A DNA stretch of 64,000 nt from a virus (Duplodnaviria > Heunggongvirae > Uroviricota > Caudoviricetes). The stretch's first letter is position 1. Each line of letters starts with the position of its first letter. The stretch is taken from positions 63,852 to 127,851 of the IMG/VR virus record IMGVR_UViG_3300028805_000039; one strand, written 5' to 3'. A program made the position numbers and the translations under genes. Shown one piece after another: positions 52,381-61,003 of this stretch. The notes below the pieces were generated by a model. That model saw nothing but the letters and a program-made list of their open reading frames with translations. It did not search any database and was not told the DNA's origin.

Positions 52381-52782
52381 ATGACTTACTACTTCGACAT
52401 GGATGGCGTTCTGGCTGACTTCCACTCTACTTACACTGAGCGCGCACAGGCTTTGAGCCGCGACTATCTTGCCAATCTCGCCCCGTTCGTTGAGAATGTC
52501 AAGACTGTCCGGAACCTCATTGCTCACGGTGAAAAGGTTTACATTCTCACCAAGGCCGCTAACGATGATGCCAAGGCTGGCAAAATTGACTGGCTGGCAA
52601 AGTACATCCCGGAAATTACGGCAGAACAGTTTATTTGCATCGTAGGCTCTGGTCGCAAGGTTGATTACATTCGTGAAGCTGGCATTCTTGTGGATGATGA
52701 TATTAAGAACATTCGGCAGTGGGTCAAAGGTGGCTTTGAGGGCTATCTGGTAGAGACTAAAGGTGCCACGGTTATTCTCTAA
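52381..52782 (+). CDS. HAD-superfamily 5'(3')-deoxyribonucleotidase-like phosphatase, copy A, 133 aa
   Basis: Motif I YYFDMDGVLADF, motif II ILTK, C-terminal LVDD. Confidence 0.8.
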   Translation: MTYYFDMDGVLADFHSTYTERAQALSRDYLANLAPFVENVKTVRNLIAHGEKVYILTKAANDDAKAGKIDWLAKYIPEITAEQFICIVGSGRKVDYIREAGILVDDDIKNIRQWVKGGFEGYLVETKGATVIL

Positions 52783-52977
52783 CCGTGGCGCTTTCTATTT
52801 TGCCCGGGCAAAATCGCCAGCTCCGAAAGGCCCCGGACTTCACCACGCTAAAGTGGTGAAGTAAAAAACGCGAATGATTGTTAAACAAATAACAATAAAA
52901 AATGTCCCGAAACTACTTGACAATAGGCACAATGTGTGGTAGAATACAGTCACCAAGAGGAAAAGAGGTAGACAGCA

Positions 52978-53382
52978 ATGACAATTAGATTCGCAACGAC
53001 TGCTGATGCTATCCGCATTATTAGGGCTATACAGAATAAACGCATGGACTACAATACGCCGCAAGATGTGCGGGAAGATGTGAACGCGGGGCGGCTGATT
53101 GTAGCAGAGGAAAACGGCAAGCTTTTAGGGTCTGTAGCTGTCGTGTATAAAGTCCATCGTGGTTATTATGCTATCATGAGAATGTGCGTGTATTCAAAAA
53201 CCAGCAAGGGCAAAGGGGTAGCAAGTGCGTTAATTGACTACGTGTTAGCTCTTGGCCTTGGCACTTATGGTGCAACGCCTTGGAATGACAATCCGGCCAT
53301 GATTCACATTTTTGTTAAAAGAGGTTTTGAGTACCAATACACATTCAAAAATAAATACGATTTTTATAAAAAAGGGGCTTGA
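52978..53382 (+). CDS. GNAT-family acetyltransferase, 134 aa
   Basis: TIRFAT..D start, acetyl-CoA motif A (VYSKTSKGKGVASALI), N..MIHIFVKRGF. Confidence 0.8.
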   Translation: MTIRFATTADAIRIIRAIQNKRMDYNTPQDVREDVNAGRLIVAEENGKLLGSVAVVYKVHRGYYAIMRMCVYSKTSKGKGVASALIDYVLALGLGTYGATPWNDNPAMIHIFVKRGFEYQYTFKNKYDFYKKGA

Positions 53383-53436
53383 CAAGTTCAAGCCCTTATG
53401 TTATAATACAATCACAAAAGAAAAGGAGATAAAAAA

Positions 53437-53607
53437 ATGTTTAATGTTTACTACATCCGCAATGGGTATGAACTCAACGCTAAATTTGAAAAAAGAGGAA
53501 GTGCTCTTTTATTTGCTCATAATTTTGTATCTATGTTAGGCGGAGATTATGCCGCTGTTACTGATACAGAAACAAATAAAACTATACAAGTTTATAGCAG
53601 ATACTAA
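53437..53607 (+). CDS. Early small protein, 56 aa
   Basis: Promoter plus AAGGAG; MFNVYYIRNG...QVYSRY-TAA, followed by the hairpin AAAAAGGCTGATTCAGCCTTTTTT. Confidence 0.7.
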   Translation: MFNVYYIRNGYELNAKFEKRGSALLFAHNFVSMLGGDYAAVTDTETNKTIQVYSRY

Positions 53608-53694
53608 AAAAGGCTGATTCAGCCTTTTTTATTTACATTAAAAAAAATGAAAAAAGTGCTTGACAAATCGCCCGGGCAATGTTATAATACAATC

Positions 53695-53742
53695 ACAGGC
53701 TGAGGGAAGCCCCACGCGGGGAGACGAGGGGAGAGACTGACT
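53695..53742 (+). ncRNA. 48-nt structured repeat element, copy 3
   Basis: GGCT-GAGGGA-AGCC and CC-ACGCGG-GG carry compensatory changes relative to copy 1. Confidence 0.65.
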
Positions 53743-53876
53743 TAAAAGTAACAAATTGATGACAAAAAAATTTTTAAAAAAAATGAAAAAAGTGCTTGAC
53801 AATTTGCCCGGGCTGTGCTATACTATAATCAGAAAGAGGGAAGGAAAACCCAAATAAACCGGAAAGGAAGAAAAAG

Positions 53877-53984
53877 ATGGAATTTTACAGTATGGAACAG
53901 TTCGAGATTCTGGGCGACCTGATGGAAGACTATCAGGAGTGGCTGGACTTTGAAGAGGACATGAAAACTAATCCTTGGGGCTGA
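53877..53984 (+). CDS. Acidic micropeptide, 35 aa
   Basis: Promoter plus GAAAGGA; MEFYSMEQFEILGDLMEDYQEWLDFEEDMKTNPWG. Confidence 0.6.
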   Translation: MEFYSMEQFEILGDLMEDYQEWLDFEEDMKTNPWG

Positions 53985-54075
53985 AAAAAGCCCCAAGGAA
54001 ATTAAAAAAAGTACTTGACAAGTAAGACAAAGTATGTTATAATACAACCAGAAAGAAAGAAAAGGAGATAAAAAA

Positions 54076-54246
54076 ATGTACATCGTAACTGCTTACAAGA
54101 TTTGGGAAGAGTTTGAAGACTACAACAAAGCCGAACTGTACTTCGCCGCTTTGAAACATGGTGGGTACAAGTATGTGGAACTGAAAAAGAAAACCACGAC
54201 CGACAAATACGAATACTTTGAAAGTATCAAAATCTTTGTAAAATAA
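54076..54246 (+). CDS. Early small protein, 56 aa
   Basis: Promoter plus AAGGAG; MYIVTAYKIWEEF...KIFVK-TAA. Confidence 0.7.
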   Translation: MYIVTAYKIWEEFEDYNKAELYFAALKHGGYKYVELKKKTTTDKYEYFESIKIFVK

Positions 54247-54321
54247 TTAAAAAAGGGGCTTGACAAATCAAGCCCCTATGTGATATAATAAAGGCACAAA
54301 AGAAAAAAGGAGATTAAAAAA

Positions 54322-54471
54322 ATGACTATTCGTGAATTTTATAATTGGGCTGTCGCTAATGATGTTGAGGATTTTTGGTTTGGTGAAATGTTCCCCAATG
54401 GGATTGAAGTCTTTGAAATTGAAGATTTCACAATCAATACTGATAATAATTTTGTTTCTATCAACAATTAA
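54322..54471 (+). CDS. Acidic small protein, 49 aa
   Basis: Promoter plus AAGGAG; MTIREFYNWAVANDVEDFWF... Confidence 0.7.
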   Translation: MTIREFYNWAVANDVEDFWFGEMFPNGIEVFEIEDFTINTDNNFVSINN

Positions 54472-54553
54472 AAAAATAATTAAAAAAGGGGCTTGACAAG
54501 ACAAGCCCCTTGTGTTATAATGTAATCACAAAAGAGAAAAGGAGATAAAAAAA

Positions 54554-54709
54554 ATGAAAATGATTCAGAACATCGAATGCGGTAACATCTTCCCCTATAC
54601 CCTTGAGGGATTGATCGAAATGAGAGAAGAAGCCCGTGAACTTTACGATATTGAAGATCCCACTAATGCGGTGAGCATTTCCGAATACTATCAAATTATC
54701 ACGCTGTAA
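54554..54709 (+). CDS. Acidic small protein, 51 aa
   Basis: Promoter plus AAGGAG; MKMIQNIECG...YYQIITL-TAA. Confidence 0.7.
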   Translation: MKMIQNIECGNIFPYTLEGLIEMREEARELYDIEDPTNAVSISEYYQIITL

Positions 54710-54773
54710 AAAGCGTGATTTTTTTTTTGAAAAAGTGCTTGACAAATCGCCCGGGCAATGCTATAATACAATC

Positions 54774-54821
54774 ACAGGTTGAAGGAAACCGCACCGGGGC
54801 AGAGGAGGGGAGAGACTGACT
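54774..54821 (+). ncRNA. 48-nt structured repeat element, copy 4
   Basis: GGTT-GAAGGA-AACC, GC-ACCGGG-GC; promoter has GCCCGGGC in its spacer. Confidence 0.65.
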
Positions 54822-54945
54822 TAATAGTTACAAAAGAAAAACAAAAAATTTCTAAAAAAAACTCTTGACATTTGCCCGGTCTTGTGATATTATAATACCA
54901 GAAAGAGGGAAGGAAAACCCAATAAACCAGAAGGGAAAAGAAAAG

Positions 54946-55377
54946 ATGAAAGAACTATACAGAGTGGAGCACATGACCAGAAGTGACTATGATGAATACA
55001 TGTGCGGGGGCTATAACTATAGGGTGCAGAAAATAAATGTGCTCGCGGAAAACCTGCAGGACGCCGCCCAAATCGTTAAAGAAATGTTCCCGTCTCATGT
55101 AATTAATGATGGTTATGTCAAAACTGTCGCTGAACTTGAGGCAGAACAAGCGGCAAAGGAAGCAGAATGGGAAGCCGAAAAAAGGAAAAAAGCAGAGCAG
55201 AAAGCCAAAAAAGAAGCTTTTGAAAAAGCCCATCCTGAGATTGTGGCAGAGCGCAAAAGAAAAGCAAAAATTACCAGAGCAAAAACAACAATTAAAGGAC
55301 TTGAAAAGCAGATTGCAGAAGCTGAAAAGAATCTTGCATACTGGAAAGCAAAACTTGAAGAACTTGAAAAGGGCTGA
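54946..55377 (+). CDS. Early protein with C-terminal Glu/Lys/Ala coiled coil, 143 aa
   Basis: ATG 54946 after AAGGGA; TGA at 55377. Confidence 0.75.
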   Translation: MKELYRVEHMTRSDYDEYMCGGYNYRVQKINVLAENLQDAAQIVKEMFPSHVINDGYVKTVAELEAEQAAKEAEWEAEKRKKAEQKAKKEAFEKAHPEIVAERKRKAKITRAKTTIKGLEKQIAEAEKNLAYWKAKLEELEKG

Positions 55378-55443
55378 AAAAAGCCCTTTTCTTTTTTTAG
55401 AAAAGTGCTTGACAAATCCCCCAACCTATGATACAATACAATC

Positions 55444-55491
55444 ACAGGCGGAGGGACGCCCCACGCGGGGAGCCGAGGGGGAAGACTGACT
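55444..55491 (+). ncRNA. 48-nt structured repeat element, copy 5
   Basis: GGCG-GAGGGA-CGCC (two pairs changed) and CC-ACGCGG-GG. Confidence 0.65.
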
Positions 55492-55597
55492 TTAGGTTAC
55501 AAAATGGTAACAAAAAATTTCTAAAAAAAGTAGTTGACAAATGCCCGGGCTTGTGATATTATAATACCAGAAAAAGAAAAGAAAGGAAGTAAATACA

Positions 55598-55771
55598 ATG
55601 TATAGAATCAAAATCGAAAGCGAACATGCCCCCAATACTTACAAATGGTATAATAACCCTCAGCAAGCGCATCTTGTAGCCTATACCATTATTAAGAATA
55701 AGGACGCAAATATTGTAACAGTGGAAAACCTTAAAGAAAAAAAGATTGAAAAAATTTATAAAAGGGCTTGA
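55598..55771 (+). CDS. Early small protein, 57 aa
   Basis: Promoter plus AAAGGA; the TGA stop lies inside the next -35 box. Confidence 0.65.
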   Translation: MYRIKIESEHAPNTYKWYNNPQQAHLVAYTIIKNKDANIVTVENLKEKKIEKIYKRA

Positions 55772-55830
55772 CAAATAGCCCGGCCTATGGTATAATAAAG
55801 GCACAAAGAAAGAAAAGGAGATAAAAGAAA

Positions 55831-55989
55831 ATGAACGTTAACGAAATCAAAGAAAGAATTGAAAAACTTGAACGCTGGTGCTGGTTTGAGCAGATGGCAG
55901 ATTTTATGAACTGGACAGCCTACAACAAAGCACAGGCTGAAATCAAAGAGTTGAAAAAAAAGTTAGCAGAAATTGAAAAAGGGGCTTGA
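55831..55989 (+). CDS. Early small coiled-coil protein, 52 aa
   Basis: Promoter plus AAGGAG; ends KGA-TGA inside the next -35 box. Confidence 0.7.
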   Translation: MNVNEIKERIEKLERWCWFEQMADFMNWTAYNKAQAEIKELKKKLAEIEKGA

Positions 55990-56048
55990 CAAAACAAGCC
56001 CCAGATGGTATAATAAATACAGAAAGAAAGAAAAGGAGAATTAAAAAA

Positions 56049-56333
56049 ATGAGTTATTTTATGGGAAATGGTCGTGCCGATACTTGCCGCCACAACGATG
56101 AAGTTTATAAAGGCAAGGCGGTTGAGATGATGATTGATGTGCTGGAAACCCGCGACGGCTTTGAGCTTCGCAAGGCAAGCGACAGCACTGGAGCGGCGGC
56201 AAAGTTCCGCATCTTTTGGGACGGTGAGTGCATCAGCACCGTCTATAATGAAAAGGAAGCACGGGCACTGTTTAACGACTTCGCCCCAGCGCCCCAGCGG
56301 AAGGCGGGACGCCCTAAGAAGAATGCGGCATAA
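56049..56333 (+). CDS. Early protein, 94 aa, with C-terminal AT-hook-like RKAGRPKK
   Basis: ATG 56049 after AAGGAG. Confidence 0.75.
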   Translation: MSYFMGNGRADTCRHNDEVYKGKAVEMMIDVLETRDGFELRKASDSTGAAAKFRIFWDGECISTVYNEKEARALFNDFAPAPQRKAGRPKKNAA

Positions 56334-56440
56334 AAAGCCGCTTCTTCATCGCCCGGGCAAAGATTACAAAAGAAAAACATTGACAAATAGCCAAAAGCAT
56401 GTTATAATGTAATCACAAAAGAGAAAAGGAGATAAAGAAA

Positions 56441-56617
56441 ATGACTTACGAAGAAATGTACGACTTGCTGGCCAATACCCTTGGGATCGATGAGAATGCC
56501 CTTGATTTGGCTTTTGCTGTTGGTGGATGCAATGAAGAAACTGCTGAAAGAATTTTATTCTATTACACTGGCTGGCATTCCTTTGAGGGCTGGTTGGGTG
56601 AGCAGGAAGAGGGCTGA
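56441..56617 (+). CDS. Acidic small protein, 58 aa
   Basis: Promoter plus AAGGAG; MTYEEMYDLLANTLG...GWLGEQEEG-TGA. Confidence 0.7.
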   Translation: MTYEEMYDLLANTLGIDENALDLAFAVGGCNEETAERILFYYTGWHSFEGWLGEQEEG

Positions 56618-56721
56618 AAAAGCCCTCTTTTGCCCGGGCGGAAAAGTTACAAAAAAAAGTCATTGACAAACCAAAAGATGTATGGTATTATAATACCAGA
56701 AAGAGAAAAGGAGATAAAAAA

Positions 56722-56895
56722 ATGAAAGTCAAAGATTTAATGAACATTCTCAGCAAGTATGACATGGACGACGATGTAAGGGTTATTAGTTATGATGATA
56801 ACGCAATAATTCAAATTGGTAATTACAGACCCTCTGCTGGCCCCTATGGTGACAAGTATCCTTTCTTTATTCCGTATGGTGAAATTACTACTTGA
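56722..56895 (+). CDS. Early small protein, 57 aa
   Basis: Promoter plus AAGGAG; MKVKDLMNILSKYDMDDDV... Confidence 0.7.
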   Translation: MKVKDLMNILSKYDMDDDVRVISYDDNAIIQIGNYRPSAGPYGDKYPFFIPYGEITT

Positions 56896-56974
56896 AAAAA
56901 ATAAAAAAGGGGCTTGACAAAACAAGCCCCGCATGATATAATACAATCACAAAGAAAGAAAAGGAGAAATAAAA

Positions 56975-57100
56975 ATGATTACTTGCGCTGAATGTCTGTG
57001 CCATAATGAGTGCCCGCTGTATCGTGGTGAAGATACCGACCCCTGTTGGTATGAAAAAATCAGAAAAGAAAAGGAGAACAAAGAAAATGAAAAAGTTTGA
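56975..57100 (+). CDS. Cys-rich micropeptide, 41 aa
   Basis: Promoter plus AAGGAG; MITCAECLCHNECPLYRGEDTDPCWY... Confidence 0.6.
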   Translation: MITCAECLCHNECPLYRGEDTDPCWYEKIRKEKENKENEKV

Positions 57101-57224
57101 AGCTAAGATTACCCGCGACAATGCCGAAATCAAGTGCATTGTGGAAGCTATTGACAAAGACCACGCCGCCCGCCGCTTCTTTGAGATTCTGGGAGAGCAC
57201 GGCCTGAAAATCAAGGAACTGTAA
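57087..57224 (+). CDS. Early small protein, 45 aa
   Basis: AAGGAG RBS inside the previous ORF; TAA stop. Confidence 0.65.
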   Translation: MKKFEAKITRDNAEIKCIVEAIDKDHAARRFFEILGEHGLKIKEL

Positions 57225-57352
57225 AAAGTTCCTTGACTTTTGCCCGGGCGATTTACCTCAAAAATTTTAAGTAAAAAAATTAAAAAAGAGGCTTGACAAA
57301 TGCCCGGGCTTATGTTATTATAATACCAGAAAGAACAAAGGAGATAAAAAAA

Positions 57353-57562
57353 ATGAACATGAATGAGAAAATCAAAGAACTGGAAGCCAAAGGGTACAAC
57401 AAGCATGACACCTATGAAGTGGATGAAGCCGCGAATGGTGGATGGGTTATTACAGTTTATACCAGTCTGTGGGGTTTTGAAGAGTATTTGTATGATACAG
57501 ACGGAAATCCCATTGAAGCAACAGAAATCAATCTGTATGGCAAGCCCCAAAAAATTTATTAA
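57353..57562 (+). CDS. Early small acidic protein, 69 aa
   Basis: Promoter with GCCCGGGC plus AAGGAG. Confidence 0.7.
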   Translation: MNMNEKIKELEAKGYNKHDTYEVDEAANGGWVITVYTSLWGFEEYLYDTDGNPIEATEINLYGKPQKIY

Positions 57563-57633
57563 ATTGGGGCTTGACAAATAAAACAAAGCATGTTATAATA
57601 AATACAGAAAGAAAGAAAAGGAGAAATAAAAAA

Positions 57634-57852
57634 ATGAAAGCAATTATGGTTGATAACAAGATTCTGTCTCTGGAAAATGTAAAAGAAGTTGAATTCTATG
57701 AGGGCGGGACAGGAGCACAGCGAAATCCCTTTTATTATGGGGTAGCAATTGATTATATGAATGGAGAGCATTCTTCGTCTGGCTCTACAAACAATAAAGA
57801 AAAAGCCAAAGAATGGTTTAATAAAATCTTTGAAATTATTACCGCTGAATAA
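57634..57852 (+). CDS. Early small protein, 72 aa
   Basis: Promoter plus AAGGAG. Confidence 0.7.
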   Translation: MKAIMVDNKILSLENVKEVEFYEGGTGAQRNPFYYGVAIDYMNGEHSSSGSTNNKEKAKEWFNKIFEIITAE

Positions 57853-57949
57853 GCGGTAATTTTTTACTGCCGAAAATACTTCAAAAATTTTAAGTAAAAA
57901 CCGCAAAAAACCTATTGACAAATCGCCCGGGCAATGCTATACTATAATC

Positions 57950-57997
57950 ACAGGTTGAGGGAAACCGCACTCGGGCAGAAGAGGGGAAAGACTGACT
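57950..57997 (+). ncRNA. 48-nt structured repeat element, copy 6
   Basis: GGTT-GAGGGA-AACC, GC-ACTCGG-GC; promoter has GCCCGGGC. Confidence 0.65.
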
Positions 57998-58114
57998 TTA
58001 AGTTACAAAATAGTAACAATAATTTTTTTAGAAAAAATAAAAAAAAGGCTTGACAAGCCCGGGCATGTATGCTATAATGTAATCACAAAGAGGGAAGGAA
58101 AAGGAGATAAAAAA

Positions 58115-58336
58115 ATGGAAAAGAAATTTATTTATGATGTAGCAGGCAACCTTTATGAAGATACCGAAGCCTTTGGCAAGGCTTGGAAGGCCGCAAAGGA
58201 AAAGGCCACAACTCTCCACTGTGCGATTTATCGCACTGTCTGCAAGGGAGAGACAGAACGCCGGGAGGTGTTCTTCAAGGGCAGGTGCTTCAACAATGTA
58301 AAATACGCCACTTCTGACAACGTGATGATTTTCTAA
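58115..58336 (+). CDS. Early small protein, 73 aa
   Basis: Promoter with GCCCGGGC plus AAGGAG. Confidence 0.7.
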   Translation: MEKKFIYDVAGNLYEDTEAFGKAWKAAKEKATTLHCAIYRTVCKGETERREVFFKGRCFNNVKYATSDNVMIF

Positions 58337-58436
58337 GGGATTAAAAAAATCCCTTAGAAAATTAAAAAAAATGCTTGACATGTAAAACAAAGTATGCTAT
58401 AATACAGACAGAAAGAAAGAAAAGGAGAATAAAACA

Positions 58437-58760
58437 ATGAAAGTTAAAATGAATCAGCTAACCTATCACGCAAAAGAAGAAAGACGCGATAGACGCGAAA
58501 TCGTCAAACAAGTTGGAATTGGTAAACCAATAGCACAGGTTAAAAAATTCAATGACAATGGTAGAGAAAAAATTGAAATGCTCACAGATACAGGGCTGGT
58601 TATTATAATGGGTGATGATAATAAAATCATAACTCTTTACCTTGCGAGTACCGCAAAAGCGGCAGCCATTTATAAATCAGCACACGGCGCAAATGCAAAA
58701 ATGCCTGCACAAATCTTTGAACAAATCAAAATAAATCGTATCATGTTCCCCGCTGATTAA
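58437..58760 (+). CDS. Early hypothetical protein, 107 aa
   Basis: Promoter plus AAGGAG; followed by the hairpin CCCCGCTGATTAAAGCGGGG. Confidence 0.75.
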   Translation: MKVKMNQLTYHAKEERRDRREIVKQVGIGKPIAQVKKFNDNGREKIEMLTDTGLVIIMGDDNKIITLYLASTAKAAAIYKSAHGANAKMPAQIFEQIKINRIMFPAD

Positions 58761-58834
58761 AGCGGGGACTTGATTTTTATAAAAAAAAATGATATAATAA
58801 ATTATAAAATAAAATAAAGGAGGCCGAAAAAGTT

Positions 58835-58951
58835 ATGGACTTAATGCTTGCCCGGGCACTTTTAGCAATCGCAAAGTATTGCGCTTCTTGTGATGATTGT
58901 GATAAATGTGCTTTACATGAATTCTGCGGGAAAATACCATTAGAGTGGTAA
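58835..58951 (+). CDS. Cys-rich micropeptide, 38 aa
   Basis: AAGGAGG RBS; MDLMLARALLAIAKYCASCDDCDKCALHEFCGKIPLEW. Confidence 0.6.
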   Translation: MDLMLARALLAIAKYCASCDDCDKCALHEFCGKIPLEW

Positions 58952-59145
58952 TTAACGCGGCGACCGCACCCAATCGGGGCGGTTCGAACTTTCGCACGGT
59001 AAAGCGTTGAAGAATTTTTCGGCCATTAAGTCGGGCAAAACTTTTAATGTTTTTTGCCCGAAACCTATTGACAAATAAATACTCTTGTGTTATACTATAA
59101 TTGTTCCAAGAGAGAACAACAAAAACAAAAAAGGAGAATACAACA

Positions 59146-59328
59146 ATGTATAATGTGCGGTTTACTGACACCATCCATGGTGAGATGGAAGAGAACTTTG
59201 ATAGCTATGATGCGGCTATGGAGTATTGGAATAGCTATGCTGATACCGAGTCTTGTGTGGCTGGTGTCATGATGGATTTGGATAATTGCGAAATTATCTG
59301 GAATTTTGACGACAGGGAGGCAGAATAA
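59146..59328 (+). CDS. Highly acidic small protein, 60 aa
   Basis: Promoter plus AAGGAG. Confidence 0.7.
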   Translation: MYNVRFTDTIHGEMEENFDSYDAAMEYWNSYADTESCVAGVMMDLDNCEIIWNFDDREAE

Positions 59329-59589
59329 ATGAAAAAGATTCTTGCTTTTGTCCTTGTTTTTGTTCTTATCCTATCGTTGGGCATAAGCGCTTATGCTTAT
59401 AATAAATCTATCTTTGATTTGAAATACCATTTCAATTATGCTTATGTAGATTTGTTAAATGGTACGACAGTTGAGGGTAAAGTCCAGAGTTGGAAAGACT
59501 GGGAAGATTCAGACATGTTGCAAGTCACTTTTGAGGATGGAGCTACTTATTATTCCCATTCTTCTAACATTATGCTTGTTTCAAAATAA
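59329..59589 (+). CDS. Exported protein with N-terminal signal peptide, 86 aa
   Basis: MKKILAFVLVFVLILSLGISAYA; GGAGG RBS; abuts the previous stop. Confidence 0.75.
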   Translation: MKKILAFVLVFVLILSLGISAYAYNKSIFDLKYHFNYAYVDLLNGTTVEGKVQSWKDWEDSDMLQVTFEDGATYYSHSSNIMLVSK

Positions 59590-59662
59590 TAATAAAAAAG
59601 GGCTTGACAAACAAGCCCTTTTGTGCTATTATAATACCAGAAAAGGAAAGGGAAATAAAAAA

Positions 59663-59842
59663 ATGACTACTTACAGAGAACGCCTGCTTGACCGCATGAT
59701 TGCCCTTTATGGGCTTGAAAATCCAATTGTTATCGAGTTTGCCAATATGTGCGAAAAATATGGGGATAATTCTTGGAATGATGATTTTCTGCGGCTCTTG
59801 GTAGAAGCCCATGAAGCAGACCCAGTTTTTAAGGAAGATTAA
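59663..59842 (+). CDS. Early small protein, 59 aa
   Basis: Promoter plus AAGGGA. Confidence 0.7.
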   Translation: MTTYRERLLDRMIALYGLENPIVIEFANMCEKYGDNSWNDDFLRLLVEAHEADPVFKED

Positions 59843-59948
59843 AAATCTTCCTTAATCGCCCGGGCAGAAAAGTGACAAAAGAAAGACATTGACAAACTAT
59901 AAATAATGTGTTATAATAAAGGCACAAAAAGAAAAGGAGAATAAAACA

Positions 59949-60386
59949 ATGAATAAAGTTTTCAACAAAATAAAGACATGGGCTGAACCTGTGAGCGATT
60001 GGTGGTTTTTTAATTGGGAAGCTGTTGTAGTTATAATTTTTATAGCGGCTGTGCTTATTGGGCTTGTGGTACTCGCTTTATGGGCTTCTGGTGCTTTTTA
60101 TGATGAAGTCGAAAATTATGACTTCACAGCGCAGGTGTATGATAAAGACCACTATACCACTCAATCAGTAAGTTATATTACTTCTGGTAAAACTCGCATT
60201 CCTGTATACCATACTCATCATCACTACAAAGTAATGTGGGAAGATGGTGGAGAACGTGGTACATTTGAAATTGGTGAAGACCATTATGATTTAATTAAAA
60301 TCGGGGACTTTATCAATGTTCATTGCTCTGTGAGGGCAGACAAGCAGGGTGAACTTCATTATTATTATAGTTTCAAGGGATATTAA
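59949..60386 (+). CDS. Membrane-anchored protein, 145 aa
   Basis: One hydrophobic helix (AVVVIIFIAAVLIGLVVLALWA) followed by a beta-rich soluble domain. Confidence 0.75.
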   Translation: MNKVFNKIKTWAEPVSDWWFFNWEAVVVIIFIAAVLIGLVVLALWASGAFYDEVENYDFTAQVYDKDHYTTQSVSYITSGKTRIPVYHTHHHYKVMWEDGGERGTFEIGEDHYDLIKIGDFINVHCSVRADKQGELHYYYSFKGY

Positions 60387-60477
60387 AATCCCTTGAAATT
60401 TTTTTCAAAAAGTGCTTGACAAGTCCAAAAGAGTATGTTATAATGAAGGCACAAAGAAAGAAAAGGAGAATAAAAAA

Positions 60478-60939
60478 ATGAATAACGAAGTAATTAAGGC
60501 AATGAATAAACAGCCCCGTAAAAAAAGCAATTTTCAAAAGTGGTGGGAACAAAACGATTATAAAGTTTGGCGTGTCGTGCTGTTCCCCATTTGGATTTAT
60601 GTGTGGAGCAGAGAAAAAATTAAAACTTATCTTAATTCCCGTACAGTATGGAATGAAAACAGAGCGAATGAAATACTTAGTTATTACATTCCCCGCTGTG
60701 CTCGTTGGAATAATGAAAATAAAACCTTTTATTATTTTAATAATGGGTATGGATGGGAAATGGGCTTTGCTAAAAAGTATTTGAAAATTAAAGACCGTAG
60801 ATTTTGGAATCTTTATGCGTGTTGGCGTATTCGTGATTATCTTATCAAAAATTTTGAACTGGAAGGGTTCACCAAAGAAATTGGTAACTGCTACGATGGC
60901 TGGACTGAAATCACTTTCAGAATGAAAACAGAGGATTAA
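60478..60939 (+). CDS. Trp/Tyr-rich early hypothetical protein, 153 aa
   Basis: ATG 60478 after AAGGAG. Confidence 0.75.
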   Translation: MNNEVIKAMNKQPRKKSNFQKWWEQNDYKVWRVVLFPIWIYVWSREKIKTYLNSRTVWNENRANEILSYYIPRCARWNNENKTFYYFNNGYGWEMGFAKKYLKIKDRRFWNLYACWRIRDYLIKNFELEGFTKEIGNCYDGWTEITFRMKTED

Positions 60940-61003
60940 AAAATCCTCTGTTTTTTTCAAAAAAGGGCTTGACAAATCGCCCGGGCTATGTTATATTATA
61001 GTC

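Noticed and set aside
57233-57260. Promoter at TTGACT followed by GCCCGGGC
   Set aside because: No -10 box at 16-18 bp; probably a decayed promoter block.
58930-59010. Possible tRNA (AGTGGTA and GGTTCGAA motifs)
   Set aside because: T-stem and anticodon stem do not pair properly, and the 5' part overlaps the 38-aa ORF; more likely a GC-rich terminator-like structure. tRNAscan-SE or ARAGORN would settle it.
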